A DNA stretch of 63,888 nt from Gnetum montanum (lineage: Eukaryota; Plantae; Gnetophyta), in contig MNCI01000690.1 of the NCBI GenBank assembly GCA_015680685.1, forward strand, positions 584,319 to 648,206. The letters are read 5' to 3'. The position numbers and the translations under genes were made by a program. The stretch's first letter is position 1, and each line of letters starts with the position of its first letter. Shown one piece after another: positions 39,201 to 51,167 of this stretch. A model generated the notes under the pieces. The model was not told where the DNA came from, ran no database searches, and worked only from the letters and a program-made list of their open reading frames with translations.

Positions 39201-42200
39201 ATCGGGTTCTAGAAGAGTATGTGGATGTGTGAAAGCCTGACCTCTTTGTGAGTGGCTACACCTAGGCTAGAAGGTCTTACAACTTAAGACACAAGCACCT
39301 TACCATCACTCCAAATATTGTGTTGGCTATATGTCCTGGAGGAAGATATAGCTATCTAGTTTCAATTCTAAGAACCCCAAAAATTAGTGGGAGACTAGTG
39401 TAGAAGGGAGAAGGCTACATAAAGGGAATATTTTCTTTGATTGAGATTCACATCAAACTATTTAGGTAAAGGAGTGTTTGAATTGGTTTTAATTAAGGTT
39501 TTCTTTGTGTTGAAGAAAGGTTTTCTCCCATTGTTTCCCGTGGTTTTTGATTCTATCTTAACATTGTAGATTTCATATATTTTTATTGGTTGTGATAAGT
39601 CTTAGTTTTAATGAATCAGGTTAAAGCATAAGGTCCTAAACTCTACAATGTAAGTCTCAAGCCTGAATATGAAAGAAGGAGGGCTACCATCAAGTCAACA
39701 AGTAGCTATAAAACCATAACAAATCCCATTGATAGGTTCTCTTTTCAATTTTGCAGATGCTAGGTCATTTCCCAAATGTGATGCACAGAAGTCACAAAGA
39801 TTGGTTGTTGTAGAAAATGACAAGTGCTTGCTAGAGTATGTTCCAAAAATAACATAGCAAACAATGCAGGTTAAGTTTAAAATCTCAACCACTACTGACT
39901 ACCTACAACTAAACCTTCCCCAACGTGGCAAATTTCTTTCCACTGTTTCCAATTCCACGTTTCTGAATTTTTCTCATTTTTTCACGCTAGCATTGTCTTC
40001 TACCAATTCTTGCTAGTAATTGCAGTTGGTACTCTTTCTCCAATGATGAATTTCAAATGTTGTTGAAGCTGTCAAATGTGAATGCAAAGCCACTGTCAAA
40101 TGTAAATGCAGAGCCATTGTCAATGTAACCGCTATCAAATGTGAATCCACAACCATTGTCAATGCAATTTTCTCATTGAAAATACAGTTGCTGTTTTATT
40201 AACAGCTTTGATCATGGTAGTCGCTTCTTCCATATTGCAATATATGTTTCCCAGGAAGCCATAATAATGGGCATTGGCAGCAAAGGAAGAAAGAGTACCA
40301 ACTGTAGTTAAACAATTGTCAGAAGACAATGGTGGTGCTAAAAAACAAGAAATATTTAGAAAGGTGGAACCAGAAACAGTGCAAGGAAACTGGCCACATT
40401 GTAGAAGGACCAATAATAGGTGCTGGACACCCATTTCCTATACTGTTCCTATCACATGCAACATCAATGCCCAAATGCTATGGAAAGCGGGTGAATGGTA
40501 AAAGAGAACTCATGTAGACACACACTCATCCCTCAAAAGGGAAGTTATCGGTTCAATAGCTACCTTCCTTTATGGGTGTGTTTTAATCATTTGCTTATTG
40601 CATTTCATGTCATGGCAGATACATGTTTTTTTTTTCTTTAAAATTTAATGAGGGTGTATGATGGTGGAGAATAAACTAGAGTAGTGGAACCAATAAAAGA
40701 AAGGCAAAATGAAGAAAAATGACAGAAATTGAAGGTAAACACTTGATGACAACTGAAATGACGTATCACGATCACTGAGCAAGTGCTGCCACATCACAAG
40801 TCATGACCAATGCAACTCACAATGATCGTCGTGATAGAAGACAACTAGAATCATTTTAAAGACCATTAAAACAAGTGCATTCTGAAGAGATTATGTCACA
40901 ACAAATAGCAAAAATAGTCAAATTTGAAGAAATCCCATACTTGTATTGCAGAAACAAAGGATGGTAACTAACTATTAAACCATAGAGAATTTAGCAACTG
41001 TTGGGGGCGAAGATCAACAAGAAGACTGACAACAATTTGGTTAAGTACTGTCCAGAGAAGTGGCTTCAGGATTGTATCCATCTACAAACTTAAGGTGAGT
41101 ACTGTCACTACCCACTAGGGTAGTGGACACTAAATTAGGTTATCATGGAATTTAAAGCAGGGCACTAGATATGTCATGATGCAATAGACTCAAGAGTGGC
41201 TCTTCAGGTCATCATCATAGATGTCGGATTTGCAGAGATCTCTTCCTTGAATGCAACATCAAGTTAGGTAGTGTTGTGTTGTTTTGGCCCATTTTGACTA
41301 ATGTTTCTTGTAGGCCTACAGTAAAGAACACGGGTGTGATGTATGGTATGTGGTTAAGATATGATTAGAAGTTACTAATGAGGTGTTAGCCTAGTAGTAA
41401 GAATCTTTATTTGGAAGCTCCAAGTTACAGGTTCAATTCTAGAGGACAATGCTAAGTTCTAATTTAACTAAATGTCTTGGGGGTAAATATTGTTTTAAAA
41501 AACAAGGTTTCAGGTTCCAAAACCCCCCTATAGTTAGAAGTTACTTTGTGGATATAAAATATGAAGAGCTAAATACATATGGTTGGAACGTTGTACAATG
41601 TTACAATTAGACCGGAATTAGAGCATACTTGTGGTGTTTAATGTTTTCATTTAGATTAACATGTGTTAATGGCTATCTAATTCTTTGAAACCTGTCGTTA
41701 GCATTAAAATTTGCTCCTAATGGCTCAATTTATGATTGATGATGTTGTACAATTTAGTTATTATTGAAAATTTTGGAATGATGTGAAATGTCCATTTTGC
41801 TGGAAACTTCCTCTCATATTGATTACATTTGTATTGATTTTGCATACTTGAACAATGATTTATCTTTCCATGGAACCGTGATTTATCTTTGATTTAGAAA
41901 AATCTTAACTTTACATGTGATTGCTGACCTTTTAAATTATTGTCTACCTTGCAAAGGATTTTCTTCTTGGTGGGCTTAGGATGACCCATTCTATAAATTT
42001 TTCAATATGTGCAGAAATCTTGTGGGGAAGTTTGTAGGATTTGGCTGTCTAGAGGAAGCAACGGAGGCAATTGGCTATAGTATGCAGGGAACCTTGGTAT
42101 TAATATATCAGAGTTTGAATAATTGTTTATTAAGTTAATTATTGAATTTGAATTGTAAGCTTTTTGAAGGCAACCAGAGTTGCGATGTAACATTTAATCT

Positions 42201-45200
42201 TGATTCCATTAATCTTGAGAACAAGCATTGGTTATCTTTAAGTCATATTTCCCTCTTCTCTGAGAAACAGACAGGCATTATATGAAAACCCAACCCCAAA
42301 AAGCTACAACAAAGGCCCTTGAAAAATCTGCAAAGCAGAGAAGTCATTTGGGAAAAGGGAGGAATTTACAACCACAGATGGGCTTCTCTTGACCATGAAC
42401 TCTATCCACAACAATGTGCTCAGCCTCAGAGCTGGTATAGTTGGCAGCCTCCTACAACCTTTGAAAGCATTCCTCCCTCGCTTTTTTCTGATCCTCTTCA
42501 AACCCATGTGCCTTGTCAACGTGTAGTGTTAATGACGTGCAGATAACATAGGAGTGCAAAGGCATTTTACTATTAATACCATGCTCGGCGTATGGACATC
42601 TACCAGCCTGAAAACAATGACAAGTATTAATCTCATGGTGCTCTAAAAATTGGTCTGATTTCCTCTTAATGTCGTTCCTCTTTCTGTCGAATCAGCCTCT
42701 CTTGCTGGGCCACCCATCTAGCCTGCACCTCCTCTTCCTATGGTATTCGCTCTTCAAACTCCTGCCCCTCAGCCTCCCTTCTCTGTTCTTCAACTTAACG
42801 AGTGCACTCCTGCTCCACCTCCTAAGCGTCTCACATCTTTAAGTCAGCCTCCCTTCTCTGTTCCTCAACTTGGCAAGTGCACTCCTGCTCCACCTCCAAA
42901 GCATCTCACATCTTTAAGTCAGCCTCCCTTCTCTATTCTTCAACTTGGCAAGTGCACTCCTGCTCCACACCCTAAGCATCTCACATCTTTAAGTCTTTGT
43001 TACCATTGGGATTTGATTAAATTTCATTCATTTATTAATTATGATTCTATATGTTGTTATTAATAATTGTTATTATTGACCAACTTAAGGTTGGAATTGT
43101 TGCCAGCTTTCATATAATTCTGTAGTTGGACTAGTTTTAGTTTAATAAAAACCACTAGGAGCATTGGATTGTTACACAAAAACTATAGGAAATGGACACA
43201 TTAGTTTGTCCTCAAGCTAAATCTTTCACTCCATGCAAGGACCAAAAATAGTTAAATCATGGGCTCAAACTTTTTCTTTTCTTTCTTTCTTTCTTGTTTT
43301 CGTTTTGTTTTGTTTTTTTTGTTTTTTGAAAAAGGTAGAAAGAAAACTGATCAATAAAACATAAGACCAAGTACAGCCCAAAAACAATGATAGTGATAAT
43401 AAATGAAATAGACTAATCATCTCAAGGTACAAATCCATTCCTGACCTTGGATATGTAAATTTAATCCTGTAAGATTCAAAATCCTAGGAAATCAAATCCT
43501 ATGTTATATTTCACATTCTTGTTTTTTACTCGTATCTATATTGTTTTCTATTCCCTCAAAAATTCATTAATCTCTTTCATTCTTACATTCAAACATCATA
43601 TGTACTAGCAAAGAACTCCACATTTTATTACATTTTGTTCTCTAATTCATGTCCAAGTTGTAAATTCATTAAGTTCTCTCATTCATACATTCAAAGATCA
43701 TATGTACTAGCAAAAACCTCCACACTTTATTAGATTTTGTTCCCTAATTCATGTCCAAGTTGTAAATTCAATAATTTCTTTCATTCTTACATTCAAAGAT
43801 CATATGTACTAGCAAAGAACTCCACATTTTATTACATTTTGTTCCATAATTCATGTCCAAGTTGTTTCCATCTTGAAGAGATTTTGACATTATAAAAATG
43901 TTGATTAGTAGTTGCCCAAACATTATTCTAGGTATCAGCAACTGAAACATAATTCATGAAGTCATGGACATATGATTACCATCCTCACAAGCACTCCTAC
44001 AAAAACATCCATTAATTATCATCATCCTCATTTCATCAAAGTATCTATTGTTAAATGTTTCTTGCTTTTTAAGATGTCTACAAAAACAGATAAACATTAG
44101 GAATCAAGCACACTTTCCTCCAGCAAATAGCTTCTTTATATAGTTAATCTATGCATAAAATCCCATATGCCTTTGCAATTTGGTATAAGTTTCTAGTTTT
44201 CCATAACAAATTTTCAGCATCCTAAGATTTCATACAATGATCTTTCATCCATGTATGCATTTTCTCAAAAGACAGATTCTCTCTCTATATTATCAAAAAT
44301 AATATGCAGTCCTTCCAAAAATTCTTCTAGTTGATTTTAAAAGGAAGGAAGCTGGTGTTAGAACATACACCTTTTTTTATCAATAATATTTACCCCAAGA
44401 CATATAGCCAATGCAAAACTTTGATTTATAACTCAGCACTGCCCACTGAAATTGAACCTATAACTTGGACCCATAACCCAAAGCATGAGAGAGTAAGTGA
44501 GTAAATAAGCATGAGGGTGTCGGGTGAGGGAGGTATCGTGAACACAAAATAATTTGACTATAAATACACACTAAGGCATATAGTCAGTATGATACTTGAA
44601 AGGAATTATAAAGGAATATAAAAATATCTTAAGTGTGACTCAAATCAACTAACTCTTACCTACAAATCCTTGTCAAGCAATAAACTAACCACTTCAACCA
44701 ACTTTCATGAGCACTATCATTTTTAAAAGCACCTCATAAAGCTTAAAAAAAAAAAAAAGAGATCATCACCCAAGTATCAATGCTCATCTTGCCAAGCAGA
44801 GTCCCAAGAGAGTTAGTAGATGAGCAATAGCTTGACCTCTTCAAGTGGCTGCACCTAACTCAAACATCTTACCATCACTCCAAACAAGCACCTTATCAAG
44901 TTTTAGAAACTAAAAAATCATCTTGAATTTTATTATAACATGAATGTTCAAGCATGATGGTTTGTATCACCCATAAATCATTAAAAATAAATCTAATAAT
45001 TTAATGAATAATCCTTTTCTACATGAACTTCTTTGAAAATTTCATTATATCAAAAACATGTTTGTGGAAGCACTATTTTTATTAGATATCAAGTCCTTTA
45101 AACAATAAAGGAATATGCTTTAAACAATAAGGAATAGCTTATTTGGTCAGAACATGTCGCTTGGGATTGAGCAAATCATAGGTTTGATTCCTTGGTGTAT

Positions 45201-48200
45201 GCTAAAACCATAATTGTAGAATGCAGATTGGAATCTTGATTCCAAAAATCCAAAATCTCAATTCAGCTCACTATGATCTCGATTGGTGTTGGAATCACAA
45301 TTCCAAGCGATTTCAAATGATTCTAAGCAATTCCAAATGATTTCAGGTGATTTTGGGACTTCTGTTACATTTTGTTAACAAAGTATATATATATTTCAAA
45401 ATTCTTTTCTTGTGACCTGCATTGTTGGCCAGCCACTTTTTAGACTCAATATTTAACTTTCATGACTTAAATATAATGTTTGTCCAATAGATCCTTTGGG
45501 TTTTCAAATATAATAAAACTTCACTTTTAGTTTCAAATTTTATATAAATCTGGTAATCTAAGAACAACACTGATTCATTCATACATATAACAAATGAAAT
45601 CACTATGCAAAACTTATGGAAATGTAATTATATTTGTGATGTTAATCCCAACGGGGATAATATGTTAGTCCTCATAATCAATTTGACAATAAACATTAGA
45701 AACTATGACTAAGATATATGTCATCTACGAACACAATAAAAACATACATTTAAAAACTATGGTGTCCGGTAGGGAGCTAACCATAGAAAAATCATAATCA
45801 AATCCTTTGCCTACATTAATAAGCTATTCCATGCTGGGATAAAGGCACCAATATGATACTGAAATGATTGTAATACAAACATGTTCTACTTTAAAGTTAC
45901 TCTTGTCCTATTTCTGCCAAAGAGATTTGCAGAAAAGATTACGAATGCATCCCTTGACATATTCACATATGATTATAAAAATGTTTCACTACCCAAATTT
46001 CTCAAATGATCTACCAACTTACCATCAATGTGTAATTCATCTAAAACAAAACTTTGAAAGTTTACTTTTAAAAAAAAGGAAAACAAAAAAAGCTGCAAGT
46101 CAGGAAACAGCTTTTAGCTTACTAAGGTACCATGGTGAATCTGCATTCAACACATACAATGAAAAGAGAGAAATCATCATCATCATCATCATCCTAGCCT
46201 TGTCCCAACAAAATAAGGTCAGCTACATAAGTTCTTTTTCGCTATTCGCCTCTATCAAGAGCTCATAAAATAGTTTAAATAAATTGGGTCTAAAAAGTGA
46301 CCAGCCAAATTCCAACAGTCTTCACTATTAGATACCACCAACGTAGTTGAAAATGCTGTCAAAACCACCAAGGATACAGGAACAATCCTAAGAACTATAA
46401 GAAAAGAAGTAACGCTTTGCATCAGGAGTGGTAAAAATTTCTAAATGATGATGCATGTAATGCAGTTAGTAGTGGCATCTAATGTCTAATCCATGGCACA
46501 TGGCTATGATCACCAATGAAACCAACATCGTGCCCATGTTTCACTCAATTTGGATACTTCTGGTAAATGAAACCAACTCCAATAGTATCCAGATGCAAAT
46601 AGGCCATGACAACAAAGCATAGAACTATGGAATTGTTTAGATTCAATTCTAAACTGTGATTCTGAATCATGTTTTTTTTTTTTTTTTGGTCGTAATGCAT
46701 TCAAAACTGTGATCCCAATTCCACATTTTTAATCTATGCTTTCAACAATCTTTTGCAAAATGCTTGTATATCTCAATGACCTATTAGAATTGAACCTATG
46801 ACTTGTAAGGTACAAGTCACATGCCTATTGGAATGAAGCTTAATCTATTCTTCCAATTTACTTTTAGTATACTCATGTTTTGAATTTTTTTGTAACTTTT
46901 AAGAAGTATATCTTCTCTTTGATATTATTAGCAATTGAACCAATAAACCAGAGATCTGGCAACATTCATCGAAGAAACCCCTTGACTTTATTTCTAATCT
47001 TTCTTTTCACAAATATGATTTATCATATGATAAAAGATGAAATATAGGAGACAAAGTTAAAGAGGGTTTCCCCTCTTGGATCTGGAAGTAATACATCACT
47101 CCCTTTAAAAAATCAATCACTAAAGTGAGAAAATATTTTTTCATGGTGTTCTAGGTTGCAGATGAATTAGAAAAAGTTTGTGCTTTCACATGTTGATGGC
47201 TAATCTCGAACAGAGTAAATCTTGAACATTGGATATAATACGTAGAAGCTTCCTCTTCAACTTTTCTAAAAAGCTCAATTTGTAGTAATTGTTGGGCTAT
47301 TTTTGGAGAACTATAAGCTTGAAGGTAAGCTCAAAAAACATTAGAAAGTTTGAAGGTAATTCAGTTTCAAATTTTCTCTCAAAGCGTGGCATTTGAATAG
47401 ATTCATGACGAATAACACCAAGTTATAAGGTATAATGTGTGAGGAAAGATTTGGGTGAAGAAGATATAAGAGAATAAACGTTAAAAAAACAAATGTGTCA
47501 CAACAAATGAGGCTCATGTGCAAGAGCCCATGGAAGCTTGGTGTGAAGGTTCAGGAAGAAAGCTTCAACACTAGAACCAGGGAAGCTTTGATGCACAAGC
47601 TTAAGGAAAGCTAGCAAAAAGGGTTTGAAAGAACTGGCTAAATCAATAAATCAAATAGGAGCTTTGACATGAGAGGTCAGTTGGGTTTATTAGATGATAT
47701 TGTAAGAAAAGCTTATACATGAAAGTGATTGCCTGTCTTACTCCAACAAGAGAATCAAGAAAGCTCTGACACAAGAAGTTATACCATCCCAATGCAAAAA
47801 GCTCAAGCTACTCCAATGCAAGAACCCTACTGGTTAAAAAAAGGTCTGATATGCTCTGAAGAATAGAGCCAAGTAGATGCAACGCAAAGAACGATAAACC
47901 TTATATTTGTAGAACTCTTGCATGAGCATTCATGAAACCGCAGTATTTACTTCTAAAGTTCTGGATCAAGAGTCAATTGCACAAAGATAGAACTTATATT
48001 AAATTAATCAATGATGGTTTAAATAAAAAATATTGTGGTTATAATAAGTTATTATCTTAACACACTTCTATTCCTACCCTTAACAGCTGTTAAAGGTCAA
48101 ATACCCTAAATTCTAACAAAATTTTACAAAGAAGTTATCTAGAAACAGCATATCACAAATGTTGTAACTTTTTAAAATATAATTATAAAATATTTAAATA

Positions 48201-50060
48201 GAACATGCACATAAACACATGATAATATTTTCTAACACTGAATGAGCTTACTAGTTGAATTGCCAGTTGTGTACACAACTGAAAATTGAACTTCTGGCCT
48301 CATACTAGAGATACTTTAACAACACATGCATAACTAACTCAACCATATAAGATAATATGCTACAAAGAAATGAACTTCTGGCCTCATACTAGAGATACTT
48401 TAACAACACATGCATAACTAACTCAACCATATAAGATAATATGCTACAAAGAAATAAGTGAATAAGTGAAGTAAAAGAAAAGATCTGCATAAATACATAT
48501 AATAATAATATGTGCAAATCAAAATACAAACAAAAAAAAATTTAATAAAAGATACCTAAATCAATATGCAATATAACATATAAAACAAAATTTTCATTAA
48601 CACAATTTTAAAGCTTTTGATATAACATATTTCACTCTTGTTACTGCACCAAAACTTGTATAAATAATAAATAACCATAAAATATGGTCATGTTAGTCAA
48701 CAGGGCTTCACATGCAATAGTGAAAATAATACAAACTAGTGTCATTGAAAACATCAAATCTCACAAAAAACGTTTAACTGCAACGCAGTGACTTTATCAA
48801 GACTTGAAGCTCTTAACGGTTAATACTATCTAGTCTAGCTTAAGAATATTTAAGAGAGAATTTGATAAAGCAATTTTATACATTAGAAACTTTATCAGAT
48901 TTCTTACTTCGGAAAAGGTGGTTTTCCAAACTTCCTCTTGGCATATATTCATAGACAAGCAACCGCTGTTCATCTTCCATGCAATATCCAATAAGTTTAA
49001 CTAAGTTTGGGTGATGAAGTTGACCAAGAAAGTTAACTTCTGCCTGAAAATTTTCAAAACAACTCAGTTTCTTCTAAGGTATGTATTTAAAAAGAATACT
49101 TCATGTCATTCAACTAGCTTGGTAAAATATAATCTAACCTAACAACAAAACCATAGTAACAACCTCTGATATATCACCAGGGAAATAAATGAAGAAAAAG
49201 AAAAAGTTTTAAAGAAATCTCGAATGTGTGAAATACTACTTTACCAGCCATTCCTTATGACCCTGTAAGCCATCTGGATTAAGGGTTTTGACTGCTACAG
49301 TAAGGCCAGTACCAGGTTTTACAGGCGCTGTACCATTTTCCTCGATCCAGCCCTTGAATACATATCCAAAACCACCTCCTCCAAGAACACTCTCTGGTCT
49401 GAAGTTCCTGGTAGCAGCTTTAAGATCATTGAAAGCGAATTTTCTCAACTGTGCAGCTGCTTTGATTTGATCCTCCAACTTGGGGGTAGACGGAATACTA
49501 CTCTCGGTATTTGTATTGATGGTGACACCCGAAGAGGAGGAGCATGTCTGAGAGCCCCCCAAATGCTTGCTCCCATCATTAGGTGTCTTCAAACCAGCTG
49601 TATATTTCACATAAACAACAATCTAGTTTACTGAATACAAGAACTGAAAACCTCATGTGATTAACCGAAAACAAAAAAGTCCTACCTATATGTAATCAAG
49701 CTGACCGTAACGTTTCAAAACCAATCAATTTAGCTGCTATATATATAAAGTCACCGAAACTTTACAGCATTGGAAAGAATGTAAATTTTATTTCGATTAA
49801 ACCCACCCACAAAATGTCGCTGATGGCAGGTTCATCACCAAAAGACAGAAAACCAAAAATCCTGTCCCCTTTACAGAACACGAAACATTTTGGAAAACAA
49901 CGCCAAAAATCCGAAAACAGGCACAAATCCAAACTGGGTAGTCGGCATTTCAACCAGATCAACGAGGTGTGAAGTTAATCTTACCGGATTGAGATTGAGT
50001 GCCTGTGCTAGTGGTGATGGAAGTATCAACTTTTGACCTAGAAGAGAAACAGATGCCCAT
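26755..50060 (-). CDS. PBL34-like: Receptor-like cytoplasmic kinase RLCK-VII, PBL34/35/36 clade (6 exons, 436 aa)
   Basis: Join 50060-49985, 49597-49245, 49043-48908, 37524-37388, 37300-37177, 27239-26755 = 1311 nt open frame with all GT-AG introns. Kinase motifs GxGx[39 protein letters not shown]. Clade motifs [36 protein letters not shown] and LKDMAS. Confidence 0.95.
29175..29262 (-). mobile_element. tRNA-derived SINE-like fragment
   Basis: Minus strand GGTAGCTCAAGTGGTT (A box-like) ... GTTTGAGTC (B box-like). Confidence 0.45.
30170..31250 (+). mobile_element. RTE-clade LINE reverse transcriptase fragment (intron 5)
   Basis: [86 protein letters not shown]. Typical plant RTE motifs, with stops and frameshifts. 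Confidence 0.9.
32394..33251 (-). mobile_element. Solo LTR (858 bp) with TSD ATTCA, related to LTR 22128-23214
   Basis: TG...CA termini, ATTCA at 32389-32393 and 33252-33256, and minus-strand TATA (tatttatag ~32792). Confidence 0.88.
34040..35590 (+). mobile_element. L1-clade LINE ORF2 remnant (APE endonuclease + start of RT, internal deletions)
   Basis: Endonuclease [31 protein letters not shown]. Then [22 protein letters not shown] and [10 protein letters not shown] (RT N-terminus). Right end approximate. Confidence 0.8.
37177..37300 (-). CDS. PBL34-like: PBL kinase exon 5 (124 nt, activation segment)
   Basis: [41 protein letters not shown]. Acceptor CCAG| and donor |GTAAG. Confidence 0.97.
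37388..37524 (-). CDS. PBL34-like: PBL kinase exon 4 (137 nt)
   Basis: [45 protein letters not shown]. Acceptor TATAG| and donor |GTTTG. Confidence 0.95.
37641..37985. repeat. Diverged direct duplication (~130 bp, copies at ~37641 and ~37857)
   Basis: agacatat.aattt...tcaaagcat.ggatca.ccaatgatat...ctaataaaacag.tactcc.aaattgat occurs twice. Confidence 0.8.
38732..39563 (+). mobile_element. Probable solo LTR carrying an Au-like SINE
   Basis: TGTTAGA...TCTTAACA inverted termini. Flanks TGGTA/TTGTA give a 4/5 TSD match. Confidence 0.5.
39160..39315 (-). mobile_element. Au-like SINE
   Basis: Minus TTGGAGTGATGGTAAGGTGCT head and T-tail. Second related copy at 44745-44895. Confidence 0.55.
40070..40165. 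repeat. ~24-bp degenerate tandem repeat
   Basis: ctgtcaaatgtRaatgcaRagcca units. Confidence 0.7.
41378..41500 (+). mobile_element. tRNA-derived SINE (family also at 44381-44490 and 52546-52670)
   Basis: GAGGTGTTAGCCTAGTAGTA (A box), GGTTCAATTC (B box), and 3' atgtcttgggggtaaatatt shared with the 44381-44490 copy. Confidence 0.6.
41660..42130 (+). mobile_element. Possible L1 ORF2 C-terminal zinc-binding remnant
   Basis: DVKCPFCW /frameshift/ [10 protein letters not shown], then EVCRIWLSR. Resembles CxxC..ET..H....C..W.IW..RN. Confidence 0.4.
42770..42994. repeat. 3 x 75-bp tandem repeat
   Basis: Units 42770-42844, 42845-42919 and 42920-42994 are near-identical. Confidence 0.95.
43561..43865. 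repeat. 3 x 102-bp tandem repeat
   Basis: aattca...catatgtactagcaaa...aattcatgtccaagttgt starts at 43561, 43663 and 43765. Confidence 0.92.
44381..44490 (-). mobile_element. tRNA-derived SINE fragment
   Basis: Reverse complement aligns with 41420-41495 (aagtta.aggttcaatt...tgct.agtt.taa...atgtcttggggtaaatatt). Confidence 0.6.
44745..44895 (-). mobile_element. Au-like SINE, second copy
   Basis: Shares catcacccaa...tgacctct...gtggct.cacct...cttaccatcactccaaa with 39160-39315. Poly(T) tail on the minus strand. Confidence 0.55.
46173..46265 (-). mobile_element. RTE-type 3' end with (GAT)n tail
   Basis: (atc)n-ctagccttgtcccaac...ggtcagctacat resembles the reverse complement of plant RTE 3' termini. 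Confidence 0.55.
48287..48454. repeat. Perfect 2 x 84-bp tandem duplication (intron 3)
   Basis: Identical units starting at 48287 and 48371. Confidence 0.95.
48908..49043 (-). CDS. PBL34-like: PBL kinase exon 3 (136 nt)
   Basis: [45 protein letters not shown]. Acceptor TTTCAG| and donor |GTAAG. Confidence 0.95.
49245..49597 (-). CDS. PBL34-like: PBL kinase exon 2
   Basis: Acceptor TACAG|CT and donor CTG|GTAA. Encodes [20 protein letters not shown]...HKEWL. Confidence 0.95.
49985..50060 (-). CDS. PBL34-like: PBL kinase exon 1 ([25 protein letters not shown])
   Basis: GTCATGG start with in-frame TGA at -9. MGxCxS acylation motif. Donor G|GTAAG. Confidence 0.88.
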
Positions 50061-50928
50061 GACCCATCAATCAGATTAAGCTCTCCTCAAATTTCTTCCT
50101 CAATTCGGAGCCCTCCTAGGCATCCATCCAACAATCAACAATAATGTCTTTAACAACAACACAGGGCCATCGCAGCAGCGGGTTACAGCGCAGAGGAGAA
50201 AACCAGCAAAGACAACCAACCATTAGACCTTGGCCCCCGCTCACCTTCTGATTGGGATTGGCATGACCCTCGTTCCAACTGCAACAGAGAGAGAATTCAT
50301 TCCATCCAGCAAACCCAAAAATTTATAAAAAAAAAAAACAATTGAAAATGTTTCTGTAATGCTGTCCGGATGATTTGCAGTGAACAAGAACCCAATTTTT
50401 TTAGTGTTATGTTTTTCTTGGGTCTTCAGAAAAGACAAGTGGGCAAATCCATGGCCAAGGCCTCTCTCATTCGTTTGACTCGGGGGATGGATGGATGGAT
50501 TAGCAAAAAAAACAAACAAAAGCCAAAAACACAAAAGCATGACAGAGTGTGAAACGCTTAAGCCAAGTATATTCTCCTGCTCTGGCAACATATCCTTGTT
50601 TGGTAGTGCTGTTTTTAACCCATTTTTATTTTAGATGCAAGCAAAGGTCGGACTTTCGTGGAGGCTCTTTTTAACTAATTGTATAAATCAATCTATCGTT
50701 TTTCAAACTTGTCTCTATCTATCGTTGATCTGCTGAACTTGTTCGTCTTGGGATTGAGAATTCATTTTTCGGTTGATTGATTGATACCTGTGCATATGCA
50801 TAATCCTCTGCTGCCAATGAAAGCGCTGGTGATAAGATATTGTCATTTTCCCGGCTCTTTTAAATGCTTCCTCTCTCACTCTTGCAGCACAAAATAAATA
50901 TGCATATTTTTAACGTTTATGCATGTTG

Positions 50929-50945
50929 TGACGTGCATCACGTCA
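50929..50945. promoter_or_regulatory. Inverted pair of TGACGTG bZIP sites upstream of PBL gene
   Basis: TGACGTG-CAT-CACGTCA, ~870 bp upstream of the ATG. Confidence 0.45.
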
Positions 50946-51167
50946 TTGCATTCTACTTTGCTTTTAAGCGGTTGCAAGGATCTACAGTTTAAATACTTTG
51001 TGTGTTTGGAAGTTAAATTTCATTACATTTAGAGTGGTGCTGTATTTTAAAATATTTTTTACTCTACGTACCTTGGGGTTAAGTGCAATTCAATCTTCAC
51101 TTGCAAATTCTTGTTAAATAATAGATAATCACTTAGCTATCTTTCATTGGGAAATTTCATGGTCTCG

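Noticed and set aside
40329-40517. CKETGHIVE as a gag zinc knuckle
   Set aside because: Incomplete CCHC motif with no flanking gag or pol motifs.
45209-46738. hAT-derived non-autonomous element (GATTC/GAATC-rich ends)
   Set aside because: No convincing TIR pair, 8-bp TSD or transposase motif could be confirmed.
47191-48118. Another solo LTR in intron 3
   Set aside because: TG/CA candidates exist, but none gave a matching TSD.
50241-50591. 116-aa ORF as an additional upstream coding exon
   Set aside because: Low-complexity T-rich promoter/UTR sequence, and an in-frame stop precedes the MGICFS start.
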